Shown here: one piece after another, positions 54,739 through 64,000 of the stretch
Numbering within the stretch: position 1 is the stretch's first letter
Layout of the letters: every line of letters starts with the position of its first letter
Source of the DNA: an uncultured Chloroflexia bacterium
Lineage (GTDB): Bacteria > Chloroflexota > Limnocylindria > QHBO01
Length of the DNA stretch: 64,000 nucleotides
Reading direction: 5' to 3'
Assembly: GCA_963814375.1 (NCBI GenBank)
Contig: CAWFCQ010000006.1
Location: 192,817-256,816 of the forward strand
Made by a program: the position numbers and the translations under genes
The notes under the pieces: generated by a model
Told to the model about the DNA's origin: nothing
What the model saw: only the letters and a program-made list of their open reading frames with translations
The model's database searches: none

Positions 54739-55847
54739 GGGTCGTCACCGTCGTCGGAGCGCGTCCGCAGTTCGTCAAGGCAGCGCCGGTGAGCCGCGTG
54801 CTGCGCGCCGGCCACGAGGAGATCCTCATCCACACCGGCCAGCACTACGACGACTCGATGAGCGCGGCCTTCTTCCGCGACCTCGAGATCCCGGAGCCGG
54901 ACGTCAACCTCGGGGTCGGGAGTGGAACGCACGGGGTGATGACCGGCGAGATGCTGCGGGGCCTCGAGCCGGTCATGATCGAGCAGCAGCCCGACGGCGT
55001 CCTTGTCTACGGAGACACGAACTCCACCCTCGCGGCGGCGGTCGTGGCGGCGAAGCTCGCCTTCGACGGTCGCCGGCCATGGCTCGCCCATGTCGAGGCC
55101 GGCCTCCGCTCCTTCAACCCGCGCATGCCGGAGGAACGCAACCGGATCGTGGCCGACCACCTCGGCGATCTGCTGCTGGCCCCCACCGAGACCGCCATGC
55201 GCCACCTCGCCACCGAGGGCCTCGCCGATCGCGCCGAGATGGTCGGCGACGTGATGGTCGATGCCCTGCTGTGGGCGGCAGGCCGCGCCGGAGCGCATCT
55301 CCCGGAGGCGGCGCAGCCACACGAGCGCTACGTACTGCTCACCATGCATCGGGCCGAGAACGTCGATGATCCGGCCCGCTTCGAGGCCATCCTGGACGGC
55401 CTGGCCATCGACCTGCCGGTCATCTTCCCGGTCCATCCCCGCACGCGGGCCGTGCTCCAGCGCGATGGGCGGCGCCTGCCGCCGAACGTCATCGCCATCG
55501 AGCCGGTCGGCTACCTGCAGATGGTCGCGCTCGAGACGCGCGCCCACGCCATCGCAACCGACTCGGGTGGCGTCCAGAAGGAGGCCTACCTCGCCGGCGT
55601 GCCATGTGTCACGCTTCGGTCCGAGACCGAGTGGGTCGAGACCGTCGAGGCCGGCTGGAACCGGGTCGTCGACGCCGATCCGACCGCGCTTGCCAACGCC
55701 CTTGCCGATGCGGAGTTCATGGATCGCAACCGACCGCGCCCGAGCCTGTATGGCGATGGCGATGCCGCGACGCGTATCGTTGCCGCGCTGGAACGACATC
55801 ACGAGCGCGCCGCCGGCGCGCACAAACCAGGAGGACCGACCGAGTGA
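54735..55847 (+). CDS. wecB: UDP-N-acetylglucosamine 2-epimerase (non-hydrolysing), WbpI/WecB-like
   Basis: GARPQFVK, HTGQHYD, YGDTNSTLA, HVEAGLRS, MPEE.NR, TDSGGVQKEA. Confidence 0.93.
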   Translation: MRVVTVVGARPQFVKAAPVSRVLRAGHEEILIHTGQHYDDSMSAAFFRDLEIPEPDVNLGVGSGTHGVMTGEMLRGLEPVMIEQQPDGVLVYGDTNSTLAAAVVAAKLAFDGRRPWLAHVEAGLRSFNPRMPEERNRIVADHLGDLLLAPTETAMRHLATEGLADRAEMVGDVMVDALLWAAGRAGAHLPEAAQPHERYVLLTMHRAENVDDPARFEAILDGLAIDLPVIFPVHPRTRAVLQRDGRRLPPNVIAIEPVGYLQMVALETRAHAIATDSGGVQKEAYLAGVPCVTLRSETEWVETVEAGWNRVVDADPTALANALADAEFMDRNRPRPSLYGDGDAATRIVAALERHHERAAGAHKPGGPTE

Positions 55848-56950
55848 TCCCGATCGCTCGCCCGCAGATGGGCGAGGAGGAGAAACAGGGCGTGTGGGAG
55901 GCGATGGCCTCCGGCTCGCTGGCGCAGGGCCCGCGCGTGGCTGCCTTCGAGGAGGCGTTCGCCGCCTATATCGGCACCGATCACGCCGTGGCCGCCAGCT
56001 CGGGCACGACCGCGCTGCACCTGGCGCTGCTGGCCTACGGCATCGGCCCCGGCGACGAGGTGATCACGATTCCCTTCACCTTCATCGCGAGCGCCAACAG
56101 CATCGTCTACACCGGCGCGCGCCCCGTGTTCATCGACATCGACGAGCGCGACTTCATGATCGATGTGGGGCAGGTGGAGGCTGCGATCACCGACCGCACG
56201 CGGGCAATCATGCCGGTCAGCCTGTACGGGCAGCCGGCCGACATGCCCGCCCTGGCGGAGATCGCCGAGCGACACGGGCTGGCCGTCGTCGAGGACGCCT
56301 GCCAGGCCCACGGAGCGGACATCGGCGGCCGGAAGTCGGGCACCTGGGGCGCGGGGACCTTCAGCTTCTATCCGACCAAGAACATGACGACCGGCGAGGG
56401 CGGCATGATCACCACCGACGACGCCGCGCTCGCCGACCGCGCTCGCCTGCTCCGTGAGCACGGCATGAAGGTCCGCTACCACCACGACATCGTCGGCTAC
56501 AACTTCCGAATGACCGACATCGCCGCCGCCATCGGCATCGCCCAGCTCCCGAAGCTGCCGGCCGCCAACGATCGGCGACGCCAGATCGCCGCGCGCTACG
56601 ACGCCGAGCTGCGCGGGGTCATCACGCCGACGGTGCGTGAGGGCGTTACCCACGCCTACCACCAGTACACGATTCGGGTGAATCGGCGCGACGAGTTCGT
56701 CGAGGCGCTGCGCGGGCGCGGGGTGGGCAGCGCGGTGTACTACCCGATCCCGGTCCATCGCCAGAAGCCGTTCGTGGCAATGGGCTACGGGGAGCAGTCG
56801 TTCCCGGTCACCGAGCGCCTCACCGAGCAGGTGCTGAGCATCCCCGTTCACCCGACGCTCTCCGACGACGAGGTGGGCACCGTGATCGAGGCGGTCAACG
56901 GGGTCGCCACCGAGCTCGGACACCTCGCGATCGAGGCGGTCCGCCCATGA
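55844..56950 (+). CDS. DegT/DnrJ/EryC1/StrS aminotransferase, WbpE-like
   Basis: SGTTAL, FTFIAS, EDACQAHGA, SFYPTKN..GEGG, GYNFRM. Confidence 0.93.
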   Translation: MIPIARPQMGEEEKQGVWEAMASGSLAQGPRVAAFEEAFAAYIGTDHAVAASSGTTALHLALLAYGIGPGDEVITIPFTFIASANSIVYTGARPVFIDIDERDFMIDVGQVEAAITDRTRAIMPVSLYGQPADMPALAEIAERHGLAVVEDACQAHGADIGGRKSGTWGAGTFSFYPTKNMTTGEGGMITTDDAALADRARLLREHGMKVRYHHDIVGYNFRMTDIAAAIGIAQLPKLPAANDRRRQIAARYDAELRGVITPTVREGVTHAYHQYTIRVNRRDEFVEALRGRGVGSAVYYPIPVHRQKPFVAMGYGEQSFPVTERLTEQVLSIPVHPTLSDDEVGTVIEAVNGVATELGHLAIEAVRP

Positions 56951-58005
56951 GCGAGGCAGCGGCGCGGCCGCTGCGCGCCGGCGTGGTGGGCCTCGGGATG
57001 ATGGGGCGCAACCACGTCCGCGTCTGGGACGAGTCGGTCGAGGGTGTGGAGCTCGTCGGCGTGGCCGATCCTGACGCGACCGCGGTCGCCCGCGCCACCG
57101 CCGGCCGGCGAGCGCGCGGCTACGAGGACCCCGAGCGGATGTTCGCGGAGGAGGAGATCGACCTCGTCAGCATCGTCGCTCCGACCAGCCTGCATCTGCC
57201 GGTCACGCTGGCCGCCCTCCGCGCCGGCGCCCACGTGCTGGTCGAGAAGCCGATCGCCGCCGTGCGAGAGGAGGCGGAGGAGATGATCGCCGCCGCGAAC
57301 GAGGCGAATCGGTTGCTCAGCGTTGGCCACATCGAGCGATTCAACCCCGCCATCCGCGAGCTGCGCCGGCGTCTCGACCTCGGCGAGCTGGGGCGCATCT
57401 TCCAGGTGAAGGCGACCCGCCTCGGGCCGTTCCCGGAGCGCATCCGAGACGTGGGCGTCATCGTGGATCTGGCTCCCCACGACCTCGACATCATGCGGTT
57501 CCTCGTCGGCAGCGAGCCGGTCAGGTTGTTCGCGGAGACCGAGCGCCGCATCCACACCGAGCACGAGGACCTGTTCAACGGGATGATGAAGTTCGCGAAT
57601 GGGGTCATCGGCATTCTCGACATCAACTGGCTCACGCCCACCAAGCGGCGCACGCTGACCGTCACCGGGGAGCGCGGCATGTACGTGGCCGACTACATCA
57701 ACCAGGACCTCGTCCTGTACGCGAACCCCGAGGCGATCCAGACGTGGGAGAACCGCGGCGCCGACAGCACCGACGCGCCGATCAGCTCCGTCGCCGAGGG
57801 CGAGATGACGCGGCGCTCGATTCGCCGCCAGGAGCCGCTGGTGGTCGAGCTCGACGAGTTCGCGCGGGCCGTCCGCGATGGGCTTCCGGCCCCGGTCGAT
57901 CCGCACGATGCGCTGGTCGCCCTGCTCCTCGCCCGCACGATGGTGGAATCAGGCCTGTCGGGGCGCGTGATCGAGGGTCCTGCGCTGGCGGAGGTGCTGG
58001 CGTGA
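56947..58005 (+). CDS. Gfo/Idh/MocA oxidoreductase, WbpB-like
   Basis: GLGMMG..H, HVLVEKP, GHIERFNPA, DLAPHDLD. Confidence 0.92.
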   Translation: MSEAAARPLRAGVVGLGMMGRNHVRVWDESVEGVELVGVADPDATAVARATAGRRARGYEDPERMFAEEEIDLVSIVAPTSLHLPVTLAALRAGAHVLVEKPIAAVREEAEEMIAAANEANRLLSVGHIERFNPAIRELRRRLDLGELGRIFQVKATRLGPFPERIRDVGVIVDLAPHDLDIMRFLVGSEPVRLFAETERRIHTEHEDLFNGMMKFANGVIGILDINWLTPTKRRTLTVTGERGMYVADYINQDLVLYANPEAIQTWENRGADSTDAPISSVAEGEMTRRSIRRQEPLVVELDEFARAVRDGLPAPVDPHDALVALLLARTMVESGLSGRVIEGPALAEVLA

Positions 58006-59279
58006 GGATCGCCGTCGTCGGGCTCGGGCACATCGGCCTGCCGCTGGCCGTGCAGTACGCCTCGCGCGGCCACGACGTCCTCGGCGTCGACATCGCGCCA
58101 TGGATCGTCGACGCCATCAACCGCGGCGAGTCGCCGCACGCCGACGAGCAGGCGCTCATCGATCAGGTGCCGCAGCTGGTGGCGGCCGGGCGTCTGCGGG
58201 CGACCACCTGGGAGGATCCCGGCGGCGTTCGTGAGGCGGAGGCGATCGTCGTCATCGTCCCGGTCGTCGTCGACGCGGAGCGTGAGATCGACTTCAAGCC
58301 GATCGACGCCGCCACGCGCGACATCGCCACCAACCTGGGCAGCGGCGCCCTCGTCGTGTACGAGACGACGCTCCCGGTGGGCACGACCCGCAACCGGTTC
58401 GGGCCGATGCTCGCGGAGGGGAGCGGCCTCGAGCTCGACCGCGACTTCTTCCTTGCCTTCAGCCCCGAGCGGGTCCTCGTCGGCCGCGTCTTCCTCGACC
58501 TGCGCCGCTACCCCAAGGTCGTCGGTGGCACGAGCGACGAGAGCACGCGCCGAGCGGTCGAGCTGTATCGGTCCGTGCTGGACGAGGGGACCGAGGTGAT
58601 GCAGGTCGCCAATGCCGAGACGGCGGAGATGACGAAGCTCGCCGAGACCACCTATCGCGATGTGAACATCGCCTACGCCAACGAGCTGGCCCGCTTCGCG
58701 TCGCGCAACGGGATCGACGTCACCGAGGTCATCGGTGCCGCCAACTCGCAGCCGTACAGCCACATCCATCAGCCAGGCGTCGGCGTCGGCGGCCACTGCA
58801 TCCCGGTCTACCCGCACTTTCTGTTCAACGGGGACCCGGAGCTGCGCATCCCCCCGCTGGCGCGCGAGATCAACGAGGGGATGGGCGCCTTCACGGTCGA
58901 CACGATCGAGGACCGCATCGGCTCGCTGGACGGGCAGCATGTGCTCGTGCTCGGGATCGCCTATCGCGGCGACGTGCGCGAGGACGCGTTCAGCTCCGCT
59001 TTCCGGCTGCGCGACGAGCTGCTGGCCGCCGGCGCTCGCGTCCATGGCCACGATCCGTACTTCGATGCGGATCACCTGCGGCAGCTCGGCTTCGAGCCAT
59101 TCGACCTCGACGCGCCCGGCCCGATCCGCGTCGCGGTGCTCCAGGCTGCCCACGAGGCGTACCGCGACCTTGATCCCGCCCGTCTGCCCGGGCTCGAGCT
59201 CTTCGTGGACGGGCGGAACGCGATGGACCGCTCGCCCTTCGAGCGAGCCGGAGTCGGGTATGTCGGCATCGGGCGCTGA
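58002..59279 (+). CDS. Nucleotide-sugar 6-dehydrogenase, WbpA/WecC-like
   Basis: GLGHIGLPLA, FSPERV, AEMTKL.E, PGVGVGGHCIP. Confidence 0.93.
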   Translation: MRIAVVGLGHIGLPLAVQYASRGHDVLGVDIAPWIVDAINRGESPHADEQALIDQVPQLVAAGRLRATTWEDPGGVREAEAIVVIVPVVVDAEREIDFKPIDAATRDIATNLGSGALVVYETTLPVGTTRNRFGPMLAEGSGLELDRDFFLAFSPERVLVGRVFLDLRRYPKVVGGTSDESTRRAVELYRSVLDEGTEVMQVANAETAEMTKLAETTYRDVNIAYANELARFASRNGIDVTEVIGAANSQPYSHIHQPGVGVGGHCIPVYPHFLFNGDPELRIPPLAREINEGMGAFTVDTIEDRIGSLDGQHVLVLGIAYRGDVREDAFSSAFRLRDELLAAGARVHGHDPYFDADHLRQLGFEPFDLDAPGPIRVAVLQAAHEAYRDLDPARLPGLELFVDGRNAMDRSPFERAGVGYVGIGR

Positions 59280-60045
59280 GGAGGCCGACGCAAAGCCGAG
59301 CGTCGGGCTGGCCGCCGGACGCGGCGTGTGGGTCGTCCTCCCGACGTACAACGAGCGCGAGAACCTCGAGCCGATCGCGGCCGCCATCCTGGGCGTCCTG
59401 CCCGAGGCCTCGCTGCTCATCGTCGACGACAGCTCACCGGACGGCACCGGGCGCCTGGCCGACACGATCGCCGCGCGCGAGTCGAGGGTCTCGGTCCTGC
59501 ACCGGCCGGCGAAGCAGGGCCTGGGCGTTGCCTACCGGGACGCCTTTCGCTGGGTGCTCGAGCGCCCGGACGCACGAGCCGTGGTGCAGATGGACGCCGA
59601 CTTCAGCCACGACCCGGCGGCGCTGCCGGGGATGCTGGTGCCGCTCATGGGCAACGCCGACCTCGTCCTCGGGACTCGCTATATGCCCGGCGGTGCGACG
59701 GTCGGCTGGCCGTGGTATCGGCGGCTCATCAGCCGCGGAGGCACCGCCTTCGCCCGCACCGTTCTGCTCCTGCCGTACCGCGACCTCACCGGCGGATTCA
59801 AGGCGTGGCGCCGGGAGCTGCTCGAGGCGATCCGCCTGCGCGAGACATCCGGCTCCGGCTACGGCTTCCAGATCGAGACGACGTGGTGGGCGCACCGGCG
59901 CGGCGCCTCGATCCTCCAGGTGCCGATCGTCTTCCGTGAGAGGACCGTGGGCTCATCGAAGATGTCGGGCGGCATCGTCAATGAGGCGATGCTGCTCGTC
60001 CTCCGCCTGCGCTGGGGCAGCATCCGCGAGTCGCTGAGGCGCTAG
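59260..60045 (+). CDS. Polyprenol monophosphomannose synthase-like GT2
   Basis: PTYNERENL, VDDSSPDGTG, K.GLG.AY, QMDADFSH, DLTGGF, GYGFQIE. Confidence 0.92.
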   Translation: MSASGAEEADAKPSVGLAAGRGVWVVLPTYNERENLEPIAAAILGVLPEASLLIVDDSSPDGTGRLADTIAARESRVSVLHRPAKQGLGVAYRDAFRWVLERPDARAVVQMDADFSHDPAALPGMLVPLMGNADLVLGTRYMPGGATVGWPWYRRLISRGGTAFARTVLLLPYRDLTGGFKAWRRELLEAIRLRETSGSGYGFQIETTWWAHRRGASILQVPIVFRERTVGSSKMSGGIVNEAMLLVLRLRWGSIRESLRR

Positions 60046-60168
60046 GGCAGTCGCCTTCGGCGCCAGGGCGGGTTGCGTGCGGCGCGCGAATGCATCGGCT
60101 AGGATTGCGCCTCGCCCACGCATGGCCAATCCCGGCCTCCCACCGAGCCGCCGCATGACCAACTGCCG

Positions 60169-61905
60169 ATGAGCTTCCGATCTCGACCGGTCCTCGACCG
60201 CAAGCACCGACCCCGCTGGCAAGATGAGCTGCGCACCCAGCAGCTCATCGTCGTCGGCTTCGCGCTCGCCATCGCGCTGGCGCTCGGCATCTTCGGGGCG
60301 GCCGCCTGGAACGGCTACTGGGAGACACATTTCAGCCCGGTCGCCACGGTCGAGGAGACGACCTTCAATCGTTCCGACCTCGATCAGCGTGAGGACATCC
60401 TGGCAGCGGAGACGACCGCGGAGCTGATCGAGCTCCAGGGCCAGCTCGAGGGCCCGCGCTCCCAGTTCGTCCAGCAGCAGATCGACAGCCTCTCGCAGGC
60501 GCTGCAGACGGTGCCGCAGGACGCCACCACCTCGCTGGTCGACGCTGCCGTGCTCGACGTCCGCGCCGGCGACTTCGGTGTCAGCGTCACCGACGCGGAG
60601 GTCGATGCCGAGATGGCCGAGCGGTACGCTCTGCCGGAGCTCGTGCGGGCCAGCCTCATCCTCGTCGAGGCGCTCCCCGAGGACGCCGATGCCGAGGACG
60701 AGCCCACCGAGGAGCAGCAGGCGGCCGCAATGGAAGAGGCCCAGTCGGCGATGGAGCGGGTCGAGGGGGGCGAGGACTTCGCCACGGTGGCAACCGAGGT
60801 GAGCGACGACTTCACCAGCGAGCTCGGCGGCGATCTCGGCTGGTTCGAGAACGGCGACGCCGCGTATGACGAGTACTTCGACGCCCTCGCCGATGCCGAG
60901 CCGGGCGACATCGTCGGGCCGATCGAGACCGATCGTGGCGCGGCGGTGCTCCAGCTGGTCGATCGGCGCGAGGCGACGACCGAGGGTCCGCTTCCCGAGC
61001 TTCTCGCGGCGGAGGGCATCGACGACGCCACCTATCGCGACTATCTGCGCGGCGAGCTCATGGCCGAGGCGTATCGCGAGCACTTCGAGACCGAGGTGGT
61101 GACGTCACCCGCCGCCCAGCAGCGCGTGGCGCAGATCTTCATCGCACCGGTCACGGGGCCCGTCGTGCCCCAGGAGCGCGCCCGCCACGTGCTCATCCAG
61201 CCCGATCCCGAGCTCGAGGTGCAGGCCGATGCGACCGACGAGCAGTGGGAGGCCGCACTGGAGGAAGCGCGCGAGGTCGAGGACCTCGTGGGCGAGGAGG
61301 ACGCCGACTGGTTCACCATCGCCGAGGAGCACAGCGACGACACCGGGTCCGGCGCCCGCGGCGGCGACCTGGGCTGGTACGACCCGGCGAACCCGGGTTT
61401 CGTGCAGCCCTTCGCGGCCGCCCTCGCCGATCTCGAGGTGGGCGAGATCAGCCAGCCGATCCGCACCGAGTTCGGGTACCACGTGATCGAGAAGACCGGC
61501 GAGCGCGACAGCCCGCAGGCACAGGCCGCCGAGCTGGTCGAAGCCCTGCGGGCCGACCCCGACTCGTTCGGCGAGACCGCGACGCAGGTCAGCGAGGACG
61601 CGGAGTCGGCGGCCAACGACGGCGAGCTCGGCTGGGTGGCGCGCTACCAGCTGGACGAGGTGCTGGAGGACGCCGTCTTCGCCCTCACCGAGGTCGGCGA
61701 GATCGGCGAACCGGTCGACACCGCCACCGCGGGCATCACGATCTACCAGCTGCTCGAGTCGAGCGAGAGCGAGGAGATCGAGGAGGAGCGGCTCGACGAG
61801 ATCCATGCCGCCGGCTATGAGCGCTGGCTCGACCAGGAGGTCCGCGCGCCCGTGCAGACCTGGGTCGACCCGCAGTTCGCGCCGAGCGCCACGACCACCA
61901 CCTGA
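60169..61905 (+). CDS. Membrane-anchored multi-parvulin PPIase (PrsA/SurA-like), very acidic
   Basis: N-terminal TM; three rotamase-like units (GGDLGW twice, DGELGW), ARHVLI, FGYHVI. Confidence 0.88.
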   Translation: MSFRSRPVLDRKHRPRWQDELRTQQLIVVGFALAIALALGIFGAAAWNGYWETHFSPVATVEETTFNRSDLDQREDILAAETTAELIELQGQLEGPRSQFVQQQIDSLSQALQTVPQDATTSLVDAAVLDVRAGDFGVSVTDAEVDAEMAERYALPELVRASLILVEALPEDADAEDEPTEEQQAAAMEEAQSAMERVEGGEDFATVATEVSDDFTSELGGDLGWFENGDAAYDEYFDALADAEPGDIVGPIETDRGAAVLQLVDRREATTEGPLPELLAAEGIDDATYRDYLRGELMAEAYREHFETEVVTSPAAQQRVAQIFIAPVTGPVVPQERARHVLIQPDPELEVQADATDEQWEAALEEAREVEDLVGEEDADWFTIAEEHSDDTGSGARGGDLGWYDPANPGFVQPFAAALADLEVGEISQPIRTEFGYHVIEKTGERDSPQAQAAELVEALRADPDSFGETATQVSEDAESAANDGELGWVARYQLDEVLEDAVFALTEVGEIGEPVDTATAGITIYQLLESSESEEIEEERLDEIHAAGYERWLDQEVRAPVQTWVDPQFAPSATTTT

Positions 61906-61909
61906 TCCG

Positions 61910-63016
61910 ATGAGCACCGCCGCTCCACGGGGCATCGACGAGCTGCTGGAGAGGGCGGGCCTGGCGGCGGCAGAGGGCGTCCAGGTCGTCGGTGGGCACC
62001 GTCTCGCATCGGTCGCCTTCGATCCCTCGCTGCCGCTCATCGTGCTGCGGGCGGACGGTGAGCCGGGCGATTCCCTCCCGGGCCGCCACGCTCGACGCGG
62101 GCCTCGCGCCGTGCTGGCCGCGCTCTACCCCGCGACGCATCCGGTCACCGCGCTGGCGAGCGGCACGGTCGCGACCCTGGCCGACCTCGACGAGGTGGCG
62201 CTGCTGGCGGACGACTGGCTGGTGCCTGCCCTCGATCCGGTCGACAACCTGGGGAGCCCGCACGGGATGGCGGCGATCAGCGCCCGCCTGCGTGCGCCCG
62301 ACGGTTGCCCCTGGGACCGGCGCCAGACGCACCTGACACTTCGGCCATACCTCCTCGAGGAGGCCTACGAAACGGTCGACGCGATCGAGCGCGGCGGCCC
62401 TGACGATCTCGCCGAAGAGCTCGGCGACCTCCTGCTCCAGGTCATCCTGCACGCGCAGTTCGCCGCGGAAGAGGGGACCTTCGATCTCAGCGATGTGTAT
62501 CGATCGATCGCCGCCAAGATCGTGCGCCGCCATCCCCACGTCTTCGGCAGCGTCGAGGTCGACGGCGTCGAGCAGGTCCTCAGCAACTGGGAGTCCATCA
62601 AGGCCGATGAGCGAGCCGAGCGCGGAAAGGAGGCCGACGGTGCCTTCGGTGGGGTCGCCCGCGCGCTACCGGCGCTTCCGGGCAGCCGGGAGATCCAGGA
62701 GCGCGCATCGGCGCTGGGGTGGGACTGGGACGCCATCGACGGCGTGTGGGAGAAGGTCGGCGAGGAGCTCGACGAGCTGCGGATCGCGGCGAGCGACGAT
62801 GAGCGTCTTCACGAGCTCGGCGACGTCCTCTTCGCGCTGGTCAACCTGTCGCGCTGGATGAAGGTCGACCCGGAGGAGGCGCTCCGCACGGCCAACCATC
62901 GCTGGGTGGCGCGCTATCGCGGCGTCGAACGGCTGGCTGCGCAGCGTGGCCTCGATCTGGGGGCGATGTCGCTCGAGGAGAAGGACCGCCTCTGGGACGA
63001 GGTCAAGGCGGAGTGA
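61910..63016 (+). CDS. mazG: Nucleoside triphosphate pyrophosphohydrolase MazG with N-terminal extension
   Basis: LRAPDGCPWD, LLEEAYE, EELGDLLLQV, RRHPHVF, ELGDVLF. Confidence 0.94.
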   Translation: MSTAAPRGIDELLERAGLAAAEGVQVVGGHRLASVAFDPSLPLIVLRADGEPGDSLPGRHARRGPRAVLAALYPATHPVTALASGTVATLADLDEVALLADDWLVPALDPVDNLGSPHGMAAISARLRAPDGCPWDRRQTHLTLRPYLLEEAYETVDAIERGGPDDLAEELGDLLLQVILHAQFAAEEGTFDLSDVYRSIAAKIVRRHPHVFGSVEVDGVEQVLSNWESIKADERAERGKEADGAFGGVARALPALPGSREIQERASALGWDWDAIDGVWEKVGEELDELRIAASDDERLHELGDVLFALVNLSRWMKVDPEEALRTANHRWVARYRGVERLAAQRGLDLGAMSLEEKDRLWDEVKAE

Positions 63017-64000
63017 GCGGCCCACGCCGGGTCGCGATCGTGGTGCACGCCGTCGTCCCGGGCGATCCGCGCGTGCGCCGCCAAGGCGATGCCCTGATCG
63101 AGGCCGGTCACGAGGTGGATGTGATCGCCCTGCGCCAGCCCGGCGAGGCGCCTCGCGAGATCGAGGGCGCGCTGCGGATCATCCGTCTGCCGATCAACCG
63201 TCGCTTCGTCGGATTCGCCGGCCACCTCGCCGAGTACGTCGCCTTCGCCGCACTGGCCGCGTGGCGCCTGGCGCGGGAGCATCGATTGCGCCGATACGAC
63301 CTCGTCCAGGTCGCGACCGTGCCCGACTTCCTGGGATTCGCCGCGCTGCCGGAGAAGCTCGCCGGGGTGCCTCTCCTGCTCGACCTGCACGAGGACATGC
63401 CCGAGTTCCTGCGTGATCGCTTCGCCCATCCCGGCCTGCGGCTGCTTCAGCCGATCGTCGATGGCAGCGCTCGGGCCGCGGCCGCGCTCGCCGACGAGCT
63501 CATCACGGTCCACGAGCCACTGCGCCAGCTGTCGATCGCGCGCGGGGTCGCGCCGGAGCGCATCAGCGTCGTCATGAACAGCGCCGATGGACGGCTCTTC
63601 GACCCGGCGCGGTACGAGCGCCGGCCGTTCATGCACGACGGTGAGCTCCGACTCATCCATCACTCCAGCCTCCAGCGCATCTACGGCCTGGATGGCGCAA
63701 TCGAGGGGCTCGCGCGACTTCGGCCCGATCTGAGGTGGCGGCTCGACGTCTACGGCGAAGGGCCGTGGCGCGCGCAGATCGAGGCTGCCATCGCGCGCAC
63801 CGGCACCGGCGATCGGGTGACGCTCCACGGCAATGTGCCGATGGACGACCTGCCGGGGCTGATCGCCGCGGCCGACATCGGGCTCGTGCCGTCGCGGCCG
63901 AGCCATACCTCCAGTACTCGCTGAGCACCAAGCTGCTCGAGTACGCCGCGATGGGGATCCCGACGGTCGCCACCGACCTTGCCACCTTCCGCCACCACTT
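63013..64000 (+). CDS. GT4 glycosyltransferase (partial; frameshift near 63900)
   Basis: DPRVRR, DLHE, ADIGLVP, continues in another frame YSLSTKLLEYAAMGIP; runs off window. Confidence 0.88.

Noticed and set aside
60122-60172. 16-aa uORF overlapping the PPIase start (ATGA)
   Set aside because: No SD and the -10 is too distant; expected by chance for ATGA starts

Overview
High-GC bacterial chromosomal window; gene style suggests Chloroflexota, possibly Limnocylindria-like (inference). I saw no rRNA, tRNA, CRISPR array, IS or prophage. Four blocks: (1) 46-18.1 kb, de novo purine cluster purD-purE-purB-purC-purS-purQ-purL-purF-purM-purN, interleaved with yciI, mgtC, zinc-ribbon membrane proteins, a CPBP protease and an inverted GGDEF/HD-GYP gene; (2) 20.2-33.8 kb, GlgE-route alpha-glucan/trehalose cluster (glgE-treS-GNAT-maltokinase, glgX-malQ, glgB); (3) 33.9-43.4 kb, membrane/lipid genes and mreBC; (4) 43.6-64 kb, cell-envelope block with three secreted Ig-domain proteins, rph-rdgB, a flippase plus a WbpA/B/D/E/I-like sugar pathway, glycosyltransferases, a PPIase and mazG. 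The most striking signal is that a GH18 hydrolase and an S8 protease share an unrecognised C-terminal triple ~80-aa repeat and a similar structured upstream element (hairpin-N4-AGGTAGGGTCT-hairpin), next to an anionic-polysaccharide operon. This is a candidate surface-anchoring system. Several genes carry small frameshifts that are most likely sequencing errors.
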